Below, one piece after another: positions 10,623 through 20,414 of a stretch of DNA of 64,000 bases. Where the stretch lies: IMG/VR virus record IMGVR_UViG_3300008117_000001; one strand, given 5' to 3'. Numbering within the stretch: position 1 is the first letter of the stretch; each line of letters opens with the position of its first letter. Made by a program: the position numbers and the translations under genes. The notes beneath the pieces were generated by a model. It was not told where the DNA came from. It saw only the letters and a program-made list of their open reading frames with translations, and did not search any database. The stretch comes from a virus.

Positions 10623-12094
10623 ATCAAAAAAAAATAGTTATTGTTGGATCTGGAACAGCGGGACTTGTTACTGGATTAACAATTAAAAGTTATTTTAAAA
10701 ATTATGATGTAACAATAATATCATCCAGCAAGATGGGGATAGTTGGTGTTGGCGAAGGTTCTACGGAACATTGGCGCTTGTTTCAGGAGATGGTCGGCAT
10801 AGACGTCCATGATATGATCAAGAACGCAGACATCACTCATAAATATGGGATACGTTATGAAAACTGGACCAATCATACTCCAGATTATTTCCATAGTGTA
10901 GGAGAAATTGGGTTAACCATTGGTGGCTTTTGGGCAGGGTATGCTACAGCCCTAGAGAATAATCGTTTGTTAACAAACACATATTCTTGGCGCGGATTAA
11001 TAGAAAATAAAATAATTGATCAGGGTGACAAAACACATTATGGAACAAACCAGTACCATTTTGATACTTTTAAGTTAAATAAATATTTGGTAGAAGTATC
11101 AAAAAATAAAGGTATTTTGTTTATAGATGATGAAGTGACAAACGTTCAAGTAGATGAAGACGGATTTATAGAATCGGTTTTTCTTTCTGAATTAAAAAAA
11201 GATATTGCAGCTGATTTTTTTATTGATGCAACAGGATTCCATAGGCAGCTCTTAAGCAAGATAGGCGATCAAACATTCATAGATTATAGAAAGTATTTAC
11301 CGTGTAATACGGCAATTGCGTTTCCAACTGAATCGGACCCTTCTGGTCAAATAAGACCATACACAAGGGCTAGAGCTCTTAAGAATGGTTGGATGTGGGA
11401 AATACCCACTCAAAAAAGACGTGGAAACGGATATGTATTTTCGTCTGATTTCTGTACCGTAGACCAAGCTATAGCTGAAGCTTCTGAAGTGCATGGCTTT
11501 GAAGTTGTGCCAGCAAAAGTGATTAATTTTAAGGCAGGATATTTTAAAGAAACATGGAAAAATAATTGCATTGCAGTGGGGTTAGCGGCTTCTTTTGTTG
11601 AGCCATTAGAAGCTACGTCCATATCTACTTCAATTCAACAGGCAAAATTAATCTGTTCCTATCTTCCTACTTTCGATAAAAATAGAAATTATGGGATCAA
11701 AGAGTATCACCGTATTATGGATTCCATGATGAATAATATTCTGTGCATGATATCTTTGCATTATATTTCGGATAGAAATGACACTGAAATGTGGGCTGCA
11801 CAGCAAAAAGCAGATAAGCCTGAACTATTGGAACACTTACTGCAACTGTGGAATGTACGCTGTCCAGAATTTTCAGATATCCCTTCAACTGGATTTGAGC
11901 TTTTTGGATCAGCTCATTTATGGCATGTTGCCCAGGGTCAGGGTGTTTTAAATCCAGAAATGGCGTCATTGCAACTAGACGCTTATGGTTCTCGAAAAAA
12001 TGTGATAGAATTCATTGCAAATTTTTCTAAGCAATTAGTTACTCAAAGATTGGTAGATCATGCGCAAGCACTCGCAGCAACTGCAAATAGTTAG
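10619..12094 (+). CDS. Tryptophan halogenase-like flavin-dependent enzyme
   Basis: GSGTAG FAD motif, GVGEGS, FFIDATGF, GWMWEIP (WxWxIP), FVEPLEATSI. Confidence 0.9.
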   Translation: MNQKKIVIVGSGTAGLVTGLTIKSYFKNYDVTIISSSKMGIVGVGEGSTEHWRLFQEMVGIDVHDMIKNADITHKYGIRYENWTNHTPDYFHSVGEIGLTIGGFWAGYATALENNRLLTNTYSWRGLIENKIIDQGDKTHYGTNQYHFDTFKLNKYLVEVSKNKGILFIDDEVTNVQVDEDGFIESVFLSELKKDIAADFFIDATGFHRQLLSKIGDQTFIDYRKYLPCNTAIAFPTESDPSGQIRPYTRARALKNGWMWEIPTQKRRGNGYVFSSDFCTVDQAIAEASEVHGFEVVPAKVINFKAGYFKETWKNNCIAVGLAASFVEPLEATSISTSIQQAKLICSYLPTFDKNRNYGIKEYHRIMDSMMNNILCMISLHYISDRNDTEMWAAQQKADKPELLEHLLQLWNVRCPEFSDIPSTGFELFGSAHLWHVAQGQGVLNPEMASLQLDAYGSRKNVIEFIANFSKQLVTQRLVDHAQALAATANS

Positions 12095-12881
12095 TCCAAA
12101 AATTTTCAATGATATCCCTAAGCTTAAAGAAGGTCAGATTTTTTTAGCTCCACAATCATTATTTTTGATGGATGATTTGTGTAGACCTTTTCTTAATTTA
12201 GGCAATTGGCCAGATTGGTGGAGAAATCTTACTGGTGAAGAGGGCAGCATAAAAAGATGTTCGGGAACATCAGACTATATATCAACAGGCTTTACAATTC
12301 CTTTGTGGACAAAGCTAATGTTTCGCCCATCTATGGATCATCGTTCATGGGATGTTAAGTTCGATCTAACTAATGAGATTGGTGATTTTGGCATAGAGGG
12401 CTTTTCTTTTGCGCAAACTGGCGAATGTCCAGTAACGAAAGCTAGAAAAATACAAAACGCTAATTATGTTAAAGTTATTAATCCATGGTTAATAAAAACT
12501 CCACCTGGATGGTCTAGTCTATTTTTGCCCCCATTATGGGATCCAAATCCAAATTACACTATGCTACCAGCTGTAGTGAATACGGATTACTATCACAATG
12601 CGCATATGGTTATTAATGTTTTAACAGATCAACCATTTGAGCTAGAGGCAGGGAGACCTATGTGGCACGTCATACCGTTCCCTAGAACAAAATCTAAAGA
12701 TATAATATGGGGAGACGAGAACGCATATTCATTATTGCGTTGGCGTGGTTTCGGTGGTCCATTCATGCCTAAAAAACAAAAAAGTAAATATAAGAAAATG
12801 GAACGAGAAACAGATGAAAATCTTTCTGTGGAAAAGAAGTCATTTTTTAGTAAACTATTCAAATCAAACAAGGGGTCATAA
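12060..12881 (+). CDS. Conserved phage hypothetical protein (beta-rich)
   Basis: 273 aa; NPWLIKTPPGWSSLFLPP...LPAVVNTD...GRPMWHVIPF pattern typical of proteins found near phage oxygenases. Confidence 0.6.
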   Translation: MRKHSQQLQIVSPKIFNDIPKLKEGQIFLAPQSLFLMDDLCRPFLNLGNWPDWWRNLTGEEGSIKRCSGTSDYISTGFTIPLWTKLMFRPSMDHRSWDVKFDLTNEIGDFGIEGFSFAQTGECPVTKARKIQNANYVKVINPWLIKTPPGWSSLFLPPLWDPNPNYTMLPAVVNTDYYHNAHMVINVLTDQPFELEAGRPMWHVIPFPRTKSKDIIWGDENAYSLLRWRGFGGPFMPKKQKSKYKKMERETDENLSVEKKSFFSKLFKSNKGS

Positions 12882-13117
12882 TGGATTTTGTAATATCAGA
12901 AAATCAAAAAAAATTAATTAAAGACTCTGCTAAAAAGAAGCTAGAGTTAGAGATTTACTCTGCGGCTATTGTAGCCGGTATAGATCCTGAATCATTGGAA
13001 TTATCAAATGGTATTTTTACATGGACACCATCAACTACTGATGATTCTTGGATTTCTCAAGCTGAAAAACACCTGCGTCAAGTATTAGACGTATATGAAA
13101 ACTTTTTGGCGCACTAA
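12881..13117 (+). CDS. Small acidic protein (paralogue family)
   Basis: 78 aa; motif SAAIVAGIDPESL. Confidence 0.7.
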   Translation: MDFVISENQKKLIKDSAKKKLELEIYSAAIVAGIDPESLELSNGIFTWTPSTTDDSWISQAEKHLRQVLDVYENFLAH

Positions 13118-13132
13118 CACTGGATATTTTAA

Positions 13133-13825
13133 ATGAGTGAAATTAAATTTTCTTGGCCAGCTGGAAAAAGTTCTGCAATATTTTTGGCTGAAAATATAAT
13201 AGATGAAAATACATGTTCAAATGTACTTACGGAATGCAAAAAGTATTATCAAACATTTTTTTCTCCTGGCCCAACCCTTGGTGGAATAGATTCATCTGTA
13301 AAAAATAGCATGGATATGAGTTGGTCCTATCAGGCTTTGCTTGACGCCGAAGTGCCCACAGAACCATTGACTACATATGAAAATATAATAACTCAAAAAC
13401 TTTTTCAAACTATAGAAATTTACAGAGAAGCCTTTAGGTGGCTTTGGACCTGGACTAACATATCTGATACTGGATTTAGAGTTCAGGAATACAGAAAAGG
13501 CATAGGGTTCTATAGGGAGCATATCGATGGCGGAATAGGCCCTCAAGAGGCTAGCAATAGAATTTTGGCTGCAATTATATATTTAAATACAGTTGAAGTT
13601 GGTGGGGGAACCTTTTTTAGAGAACATGATTTAATGGTTCCGGCAAGAGCAGGATCTATTTGCCTGTTCCCAACAAACTGGACTCATCCGCATCAAGGTT
13701 GTGTTCCAATATCTGATGATAAGTGGATTATTAGTACGTTTATAGTGCCCACTCCAGTGTCAGTCGATTCTAAGGAAATTATACTTAGCTCTACACCAAT
13801 GCCAAATGACAACAAAAAATCTTGA
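13133..13825 (+). CDS. 2OG-Fe(II) oxygenase, prolyl-4-hydroxylase-like
   Basis: YREHID (HxD), IIYLNTVEVGGGTFF, FPTNWTHPH, KWIISTF. Confidence 0.9.
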   Translation: MSEIKFSWPAGKSSAIFLAENIIDENTCSNVLTECKKYYQTFFSPGPTLGGIDSSVKNSMDMSWSYQALLDAEVPTEPLTTYENIITQKLFQTIEIYREAFRWLWTWTNISDTGFRVQEYRKGIGFYREHIDGGIGPQEASNRILAAIIYLNTVEVGGGTFFREHDLMVPARAGSICLFPTNWTHPHQGCVPISDDKWIISTFIVPTPVSVDSKEIILSSTPMPNDNKKS

Positions 13826-14429
13826 TACCTATTACGATCCATTAACTAATAGGACGTTATTTGTTAGGCCAAAACCTTTTTTGTTGAAAAATGTTTTTTC
13901 TGATGAAGATTTTTTAAATATTAAAAATAAAATTCAGTTTGAAAAAGATAACAGCATTCTACAATACGCAAAGTTCTTGGGAAGATTTTCTATTATCAAA
14001 GAAAATTTTCTTCAAGATGAACATAATATTCTTTTGGAAAAGGCAAGGGGGATATTTTCTAAAGACCTTCTACCAACTTACTGCGCATATGGCTTGTATA
14101 AAGGATTTAGAGCTAATCTACCCAAACACGTAGATGATAATGGTTGCACTTATACGATTGATCTATGTGTGTCTTATAAAACTCGCTGGCCCATTTTTGT
14201 AGAAGGCCAAGAATTTGATCCACAAGAAAATGAGGCTGTATGCTATTATGGTGAGGATCAATATCATTGGAGAAATGAATTTACTGATCCATCAAATAAT
14301 GAGGTTGAAATGATTTTTTTCCACTTTGCAGAACCAGAACATTGGTATTTTACGATTGGTCCAAATCATAAAGAAGAAATTGTAAGATTAAGAATTGAGC
14401 ACGAGAATAAGATTGGAAAAATAAAATGA
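13806..14429 (+). CDS. 2OG-Fe(II) oxygenase-like protein
   Basis: LPKHVD (HxD), YGEDQYHWR (distal His), MIFFHF. Confidence 0.7.
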   Translation: MTTKNLDTYYDPLTNRTLFVRPKPFLLKNVFSDEDFLNIKNKIQFEKDNSILQYAKFLGRFSIIKENFLQDEHNILLEKARGIFSKDLLPTYCAYGLYKGFRANLPKHVDDNGCTYTIDLCVSYKTRWPIFVEGQEFDPQENEAVCYYGEDQYHWRNEFTDPSNNEVEMIFFHFAEPEHWYFTIGPNHKEEIVRLRIEHENKIGKIK

Positions 14430-14713
14430 AAATTCTATTTAATAAGATCCTTGCAGCATTAAAAACTGCTAGTAGCAGATCTTACTGGAACAAGGTTAAT
14501 ACTGTAGAAGCGTGGGGGTTTGCGACTAAGATCGCTATTATTTTCCCAGGACTTTTATTTGGCTATCAATGGTGGTGGCTGTATATTTTCGCAATTGCAT
14601 CAAGCCTATCTTTAATCTGGACATCAACAGAAAAGACTCTGCCAACTATTATTTTGTTCAATGTGTTGTGGGTTATTTTGGCAACAACGGCGATTGTTAG
14701 GCACTTCGTATGA
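14426..14713 (+). CDS. Small membrane protein
   Basis: 95 aa with two to three hydrophobic segments. Confidence 0.7.
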   Translation: MKILFNKILAALKTASSRSYWNKVNTVEAWGFATKIAIIFPGLLFGYQWWWLYIFAIASSLSLIWTSTEKTLPTIILFNVLWVILATTAIVRHFV

Positions 14714-15483
14714 TCTCAATTATAACACCTACATATAACACAGATAAAAGTGTTCTTGCTCGAACCTGGGCGTCTTTAAAAGCTCAAACATATACGGATT
14801 GGGAATGGGTCATTATAGACGACTCTACTAATGAAAATGTCTGGCATCAGGTATATGGCTTTGCTTCCGACGAAAGATATAAAATTCAAATGCACAAGAG
14901 TCATGTCCACTCTGGAAACATAGGCCTGAATAAAAGACGTGGATTTATGCTTGCAGAGGGGCAAATACTTGTTGAGCTAGATCATGACGATGTGCTTACT
15001 GCAGACGCTCTACAGGAGATTTACGAGGCATTCCAGGCCAATCCTGAGGTAGGCTTTGTCTATTCTGATTGGTGCGAGATTTTGCCTGATGGACAATCTG
15101 GAGTTTATCCTAAAGGTTGGGCTTTTGGATATGGCTCAGAGTACTGGTCTGAGGAGCATGGCGTTTGGGTTATGTCTTCCCCGGAAATAAATCCAACTAC
15201 CATGAAGCATATTGTTTCTGCGCCCAACCATGTTAGAGCCTGGAGATCAAGCCTGTACCACCAGCTGGGTGGCCATAATCCAGACTACGAAGTTGCCGAT
15301 GACTATGAATTAATTGTTAGAACGTTTTTAGCAACTAAGTTTTATCATATTAAAAAACTACTGTATAAACAGTACATCAGCCCCGCTACTGCGCAAAGAC
15401 AAAAGAATGATTTGATTCAAAAATATGTAGCTGACATTTCAGCTAGGTACTCTGATGATATAGATAAGGTTTTCCAGATTTAA
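14710..15483 (+). CDS. Glycosyltransferase family 2
   Basis: MISIITPTYN, WVIIDDS, VELDHDD (DxD), ADDYEL. Confidence 0.9.
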   Translation: MISIITPTYNTDKSVLARTWASLKAQTYTDWEWVIIDDSTNENVWHQVYGFASDERYKIQMHKSHVHSGNIGLNKRRGFMLAEGQILVELDHDDVLTADALQEIYEAFQANPEVGFVYSDWCEILPDGQSGVYPKGWAFGYGSEYWSEEHGVWVMSSPEINPTTMKHIVSAPNHVRAWRSSLYHQLGGHNPDYEVADDYELIVRTFLATKFYHIKKLLYKQYISPATAQRQKNDLIQKYVADISARYSDDIDKVFQI

Positions 15484-15546
15484 AAGTTTTTTTAAAAAGG
15501 AAAAAGGGCTTCAAAATTTTTTTCTGATTTTACCCTATATAGGACT

Positions 15547-15873
15547 TCAGTCCATGGGTGGTCTGCGTATTTGCAAAGAGCTACTACGACCACCTAGCCC
15601 AAAAAGACCTTTTCTTGTGTCTGTTTTAAGGAAGTTTGGATTATCATAAGTTGTAGTAGAACCAAACATTCCGCCACGACCACGTGGACTTCTAGTAACC
15701 ATTGTGCTTGGGCTCATTGGGGCTCTTGGCATTCTCCTGGCCTGACCAGCGGTTTGACCCATGAAATCGTTAATAGCCCTTCCTCCGCCACCACCAGGCG
15801 ACATAACGTCTTGAAATGCTCCCATCATTCTCATTCCAGCTCTTGATAATCTACTGTTTCCAAAACCAGGCAT
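15547..15873 (-). CDS. Gly/Arg/Met-rich low-complexity protein
   Basis: 108 aa, AAGGAG-like RBS, RGRGG and poly-Gly segments. Confidence 0.7.
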   Translation of the reverse strand: MPGFGNSRLSRAGMRMMGAFQDVMSPGGGGGRAINDFMGQTAGQARRMPRAPMSPSTMVTRSPRGRGGMFGSTTTYDNPNFLKTDTRKGLFGLGGRSSSLQIRRPPMD

Positions 15874-15889
15874 TTCTTGTTCTCCTTGA

Positions 15890-16234
15890 CTAATACTTAT
15901 TTATAACATAATCTATAGTAACGATATTTCCGTCAGTAAACTTTGCTATAAAGTCTATAATATGAATAGTATCGTCATTTTTATATGTTGTATAGAAATT
16001 GAGAAATCCGTGAAAATCCACATCTTTATATGGAGACAACTCCATGCTGCGCTTATCTGACCAGCTAAGTTCTCTGTATAAAAGTCTTCCTGAAGTAGAT
16101 ATTAAGTAACTGTCCATCATACAATGGAGATCTTTGCTCTGGAATTCGTGCCCGGGCGAAAATGACAATTCCTGGTCATTTACAATGATTTTAGGAAGAT
16201 CATATTGTACATATATTGAATCAAACATTCCCAT
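15890..16234 (-). CDS. Phage hypothetical protein
   Basis: 114-aa ORF starting MGMFDSI. Confidence 0.7.
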   Translation of the reverse strand: MGMFDSIYVQYDLPKIIVNDQELSFSPGHEFQSKDLHCMMDSYLISTSGRLLYRELSWSDKRSMELSPYKDVDFHGFLNFYTTYKNDDTIHIIDFIAKFTDGNIVTIDYVINKY

Positions 16235-16566
16235 TTGGGGCCCCGATCTTAGGTCTATTCTTTTTTTAATAATTAATAATTAGACTTATCTTTTTTGTAT
16301 GTATAATAAAGAAATTAATTTTTTCCAAAGAAAAAGGAAGAAATAAAAATAAGACTTGTAGCTAGTAATAGGCCAGTAATAAGGTCAATCATTTTTGTCT
16401 ATTTTCTGTTGATTTTCAATTTCTTTTCTGAACACAGAAGCTAAAGTTTTTATAAGTATAGTTGAGGAAAAAAGAATAGCTAAGAAAGTTAAAGTCATGC
16501 TAAATATATTGGGGGCTTGTTGAGCTATCATAATACCATCCTTTATATAAAGATAGTAATATTATA

Positions 16567-16833
16567 TCATAAATACAAAGTATGAGTTTGATGAGCTATT
16601 GTTTCTTCGTCATCAATCATCTCAAATTTGTCAATACCGGGTATAATTCCCAAACGATGACCGTCATCCCAGTCAACATGAAGTGTGTCAAAATCGTCTA
16701 TAAACGCTATGGTCCCAGTGGCACCTGATTGTATATCGGTGTAAAGATCCTCAATTTTAATTGCCCGAATTCTCTGGCCAATCTTGTAATTCTTTGAACG
16801 CTTCATTTTCTTTGGAAATAGCTTTCGCATCAT
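16567..16833 (-). CDS. DUF4314-like (SH3-like) protein
   Basis: IGQRIRAI...GATGTIAFIDDFDTLHVDWDDGHRLGIIPGIDKFE. Confidence 0.7.
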   Translation of the reverse strand: MMRKLFPKKMKRSKNYKIGQRIRAIKIEDLYTDIQSGATGTIAFIDDFDTLHVDWDDGHRLGIIPGIDKFEMIDDEETIAHQTHTLYL

Positions 16834-16963
16834 GGTTAATATATTCTATACCGGTAATGTGGTCTGGATAAGCTGTCGCATACAAGGACATCGTTGTAGC
16901 CTCCCCCTCGGAGTCCGCTTCTACAACGAGTGTCCTTGTAATACGAACAATATATTTAGCCAT
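16757..16963 (-). CDS. Hypothetical protein
   Basis: 68-aa ORF with a GGGAAG RBS. Confidence 0.6.
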   Translation of the reverse strand: MAKYIVRITRTLVVEADSEGEATTMSLYATAYPDHITGIEYINHDAKAISKENEAFKELQDWPENSGN

Positions 16964-17017
16964 AAATATCTTCCCTAAATTAGAGATTCAAGAAAGATAG
17001 TAACGGCAAATACATAA

Positions 17018-17359
17018 TCAGCCAAGCATGACCCAAAGATCAAACATCTTTGTTGTCTCGTTGTAAAGAGAAGATGATGAAATGGTCAAGTTGTCTTTTT
17101 TGGCGCGCGTATACAAAGATACACGAAGCGAAGCAAGCTGCTGCTTTGAGGTAATCGGAATGTTCACATGGAACCATTCGTTACGATTAGTGATCAGTTC
17201 ATTATAGATGGTGCTGATTACAGGATTGCGACGACGACCCTTACCGCTATTCATGGGGGGCTCACCTTTAATCCTGGTGAGAAGCTTTGTAGGCTCTGAG
17301 ATTCCAAACTTACGGGGGTTTGACTCTATCTGAGTCTCAACGCTAGGCTGAATGGCCAT
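17018..17359 (-). CDS. Hypothetical basic protein
   Basis: 113 aa with an AAGGAG RBS. Confidence 0.75.
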   Translation of the reverse strand: MAIQPSVETQIESNPRKFGISEPTKLLTRIKGEPPMNSGKGRRRNPVISTIYNELITNRNEWFHVNIPITSKQQLASLRVSLYTRAKKDNLTISSSSLYNETTKMFDLWVMLG

Positions 17360-17626
17360 GGTGATTTCTCCTTGTTAAGGTTTTTTCCTGTATCTTTTAT
17401 TGGACAATAGGTTGTTAATTAGGACTTATTGATTTGGGTAATCAACTGCTTTAAAAGCCCTTTAATTTCTTTAAGCTCCTCAACTACATCTGAAAGTAAG
17501 TCAGACTGGTTTTGGGAAGCTATTGCCTGAGAGCGATGACGCAACTCTTCATTTGCAGCTTTGGCATTTTCTGTGCCAATGTCTCTCCATGTTCTCATGA
17601 AGTCTCCTTATGTTGAATGTTTATTT

Positions 17627-18094
17627 TTAACAAAACCATTTTTTAATATAAGGTGTCACTTCGGCATCGATTCCATTGACAACACTTAACATTTGTGGAG
17701 TGGGATTTGGATTATTAAATTCCGCAAAACGCTTTGGAACATAATAAGTTATTTCTCCACTAACATCAACATACCAAGTTACAGATTGCAATTCAGTACT
17801 TGAGCAGTTTATTGGCAGAGACCAAAAAGCAGATATGGCAGTAAGTCCTTGGCCAAGAAACTCAGTTTTATTTTTATAGTCCCAAGAAACAAGAATGTCA
17901 ATTGTATTAGGCTGAAAAGATTGACTGACTACGCAAAATGTGTGTTCATTTTCATAGCCAACGTTTCGTTCTTCGCAATAATTATATGAATCTGGTTTTT
18001 CTGTGCAGGAAAAAAGAAATAAAGAAAAAAACAATATAATTAATATTTTAAATTTTTTAATAGGTTTGATAATTAAGTTCATAATAAGTATCAT
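17627..18094 (-). CDS. Putative lipoprotein
   Basis: Basic N-terminus, hydrophobic stretch and lipobox-like LFSC. Confidence 0.6.
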   Translation of the reverse strand: MILIMNLIIKPIKKFKILIILFFSLFLFSCTEKPDSYNYCEERNVGYENEHTFCVVSQSFQPNTIDILVSWDYKNKTEFLGQGLTAISAFWSLPINCSSTELQSVTWYVDVSGEITYYVPKRFAEFNNPNPTPQMLSVVNGIDAEVTPYIKKWFC

Positions 18095-18750
18095 TTTTTT
18101 TTAATGTTTAAATTAGCAATGTTATCGTCTTCAAAAATTTGATCTAAAGAACCTTTAACTTTAGCTAAATTAATTTGATGATTATTCTGTTGTGCAATCA
18201 ATGGCATGACAGCGTCAAGTATGTTTTTGCCGTTTTGAGCATCTATTTTTTGTTGAGCTAAAATAAATCCACGTTCATCTTGGAGTTGAGTATATTCATA
18301 GTCGCGAGTTTCCTTAAGTAGAGAAAAATTAATTTTTTCCATTTCTTCAACATGAACATTGTCAATTTTAGATTTTTCTAAAACTTCTAGTTTATATTTT
18401 TCAGTTTCAATCTTATGTTGAAGTTCAAGATTTTTTAATTTACGATTGTATGAAGTATGTCTTATATAGACAAATAATGTTACAAGAGTTAGGACCAATA
18501 AGGAAACTGACCATATAAGTATTAAGGTATCATTATCGTTATTGTTATTCACGGGAATTCTTTCTATAATCACTGAAGGTGTAGTTGTTGATGGAATAGG
18601 TGGCGAGGTTGTAGATACGGGTACAACTGGCTTTGGAGGAGTAGTGCTATTTATGATTTCATCAGCCCATGGCGGTAGTGTGCGAGGTGTGATTGGAGTA
18701 GTGTTATTTACTCGGTCATCCAGCCAAGGAAGCAGTGTGCGAGGTGTCAT
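18091..18750 (-). CDS. Membrane protein with a Pro/Thr-rich N-terminus and coiled coil
   Basis: Repeated TPRTLxPW, one TM segment (LILIWSVSLLVLTLVTLFVYI). Confidence 0.7.
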   Translation of the reverse strand: MTPRTLLPWLDDRVNNTTPITPRTLPPWADEIINSTTPPKPVVPVSTTSPPIPSTTTPSVIIERIPVNNNNDNDTLILIWSVSLLVLTLVTLFVYIRHTSYNRKLKNLELQHKIETEKYKLEVLEKSKIDNVHVEEMEKINFSLLKETRDYEYTQLQDERGFILAQQKIDAQNGKNILDAVMPLIAQQNNHQINLAKVKGSLDQIFEDDNIANLNIKKK

Positions 18751-19235
18751 TATTTATTCTTAATCCATCGTATTATCAAGAATAAATTCCATAATATTAA
18801 TGAGAAAATAGCAATAAAAGGATAAGGAGCTGCGTCAAGGTTGTGGCCAAGACTATCTCCAATAAAAAACACTGGTAGCCAAACAAAAAGTTGTGGAGGC
18901 AAAATACAGATACACATAAAAGCCATAAAAAAGGGAATAGATAAAAGAATTGGAAGAATAATACTAAGATAAAATCCTGACTTTAAATAGGTTTCAAAAG
19001 AACTACAATCTTGAAAAAGGTTAGCTTCTTTTAAATTTATTTCCTGCCAAAGATCTTGACTTGGAATGCAGGATACTTGAGAGGTAAGCATAAAATTAGA
19101 TTTAGTGTTATACAAAAACGCAACAGGTACATGAATAAAGTATAGATAATAAAGAAAAAATAAAGATATTTTTCCTAAAGGTTTTTGAACAAATGGTTTT
19201 ATATCATCTTTCCAAATTTCGTTAAGAATATTCAT
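18750..19235 (-). CDS. Multi-pass membrane protein
   Basis: Three to four hydrophobic segments; probable start MNILNE. Confidence 0.65.
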   Translation of the reverse strand: MNILNEIWKDDIKPFVQKPLGKISLFFLYYLYFIHVPVAFLYNTKSNFMLTSQVSCIPSQDLWQEINLKEANLFQDCSSFETYLKSGFYLSIILPILLSIPFFMAFMCICILPPQLFVWLPVFFIGDSLGHNLDAAPYPFIAIFSLILWNLFLIIRWIKNK

Positions 19236-19252
19236 AATAAATACTTTCCATA

Positions 19253-19900
19253 TTAAATGTTTCTTCTTTCCCATTCTTCAAGACTAATTACAAGTGGTTT
19301 GTCAATGTAATAATCGTCTTCGGGAAAGTAATAACCATGTTTAATAATTACTGCAGGAGTACCTTGTGGATGATCAGAGTCGTGACAAGCGTGATCTACG
19401 GAAACTTGTTCGCCAAATGTCCCGACTGATTCAATGCCCAATCTCTTTAAACCATGATCATAAAAAGTAATGTGCTCACGATAGATATCTTCAAAGAGAT
19501 CACCTTTGCCGGGGTTGTCTTTGATTATCTCCAAGCCCATCTCTAAATTCTGATGCTGCTTAATGATAAAACGAATAACATCCCAACGAGCGACTCTGCA
19601 TTCTGACTCAATATTTCGTCGTTCCCTTACAACTAAATCGATAACAGCATTTTTTAATTTTTGTATTTGCTGCTCTTGATTTTTTATTTGATCATTTGTA
19701 GAATCCAAAGCTTCAGATAAAAAAGTATTTCGTTCTATAATTTCAGCGGTGTTGTCTGAGATAGCTGTAGTTGGATATTTTGGAAAAACCATTGCTTGGG
19801 CATCTTTTACACAAGAATCATTTGTGCAATAGCGATAAAGACGCTCTGGGTGAATATTGGGTTTACCACAGTAAACACAAGTAAGATATGTTTCAGTCAT
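19253..19900 (-). CDS. Zn-finger + coiled coil + GrpE-like C-terminal head protein
   Basis: CxxC...CxxxxC at the N-terminus; C-terminal GEQVSVDHACHD...IIKHGYYF...KPLV resembles the GrpE head. Confidence 0.45.
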   Translation of the reverse strand: MTETYLTCVYCGKPNIHPERLYRYCTNDSCVKDAQAMVFPKYPTTAISDNTAEIIERNTFLSEALDSTNDQIKNQEQQIQKLKNAVIDLVVRERRNIESECRVARWDVIRFIIKQHQNLEMGLEIIKDNPGKGDLFEDIYREHITFYDHGLKRLGIESVGTFGEQVSVDHACHDSDHPQGTPAVIIKHGYYFPEDDYYIDKPLVISLEEWERRNI

Positions 19901-19901
19901 A

Positions 19902-20099
19902 TTAGGAATTAATAGCCTCTGCGTATAATACATTATACTGATTAGCTAGCTTGATTATTTCTTCTTGCGGAGCATTAGAAGCAACAGCCATAGCTAGTTG
20001 GGATCCAAGAACACCAATCCTTTGCCATTTTTTGACTAAAAAATCAGGAGGTATTGGTTTTGGCTTTTCATATTTTGAAGGATATCTACTGTAGGCCAT
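19902..20099 (-). CDS. Hypothetical protein
   Basis: 65-aa ORF in a tightly packed run. Confidence 0.6.
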   Translation of the reverse strand: MAYSRYPSKYEKPKPIPPDFLVKKWQRIGVLGSQLAMAVASNAPQEEIIKLANQYNVLYAEAINS

Positions 20100-20317
20100 C
20101 AGTTATCTTCAAAATTTTCTTTGTAAAAAAGAGCCATTTCATGGTCGATCTGCTTTCTGGTAACTTGCATGTCACGAGCATCAATATACCAAAGTTTAAA
20201 ATATTCTTCAGCAACAAATCTCCAACGATTAGCTTCTCTTTCCCAATATTTTACATCTTCTTGAGCACGAGAAACTGAAACTTGAAGATCTTGAATTATT
20301 GCGTGAGACTCATCCAT
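20099..20317 (-). CDS. Hypothetical protein
   Basis: 72-aa ORF abutting the next gene. Confidence 0.65.
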   Translation of the reverse strand: MDESHAIIQDLQVSVSRAQEDVKYWEREANRWRFVAEEYFKLWYIDARDMQVTRKQIDHEMALFYKENFEDN

Positions 20318-20414
20318 TACTTGCTCTTATCAAGAAAGTTTTTGATAACAAATATATTACCTAAAATAAGAGTTGTTGCAAAAAAGAATCCGGTAAAAAA
20401 ATTCATGTTAACTC

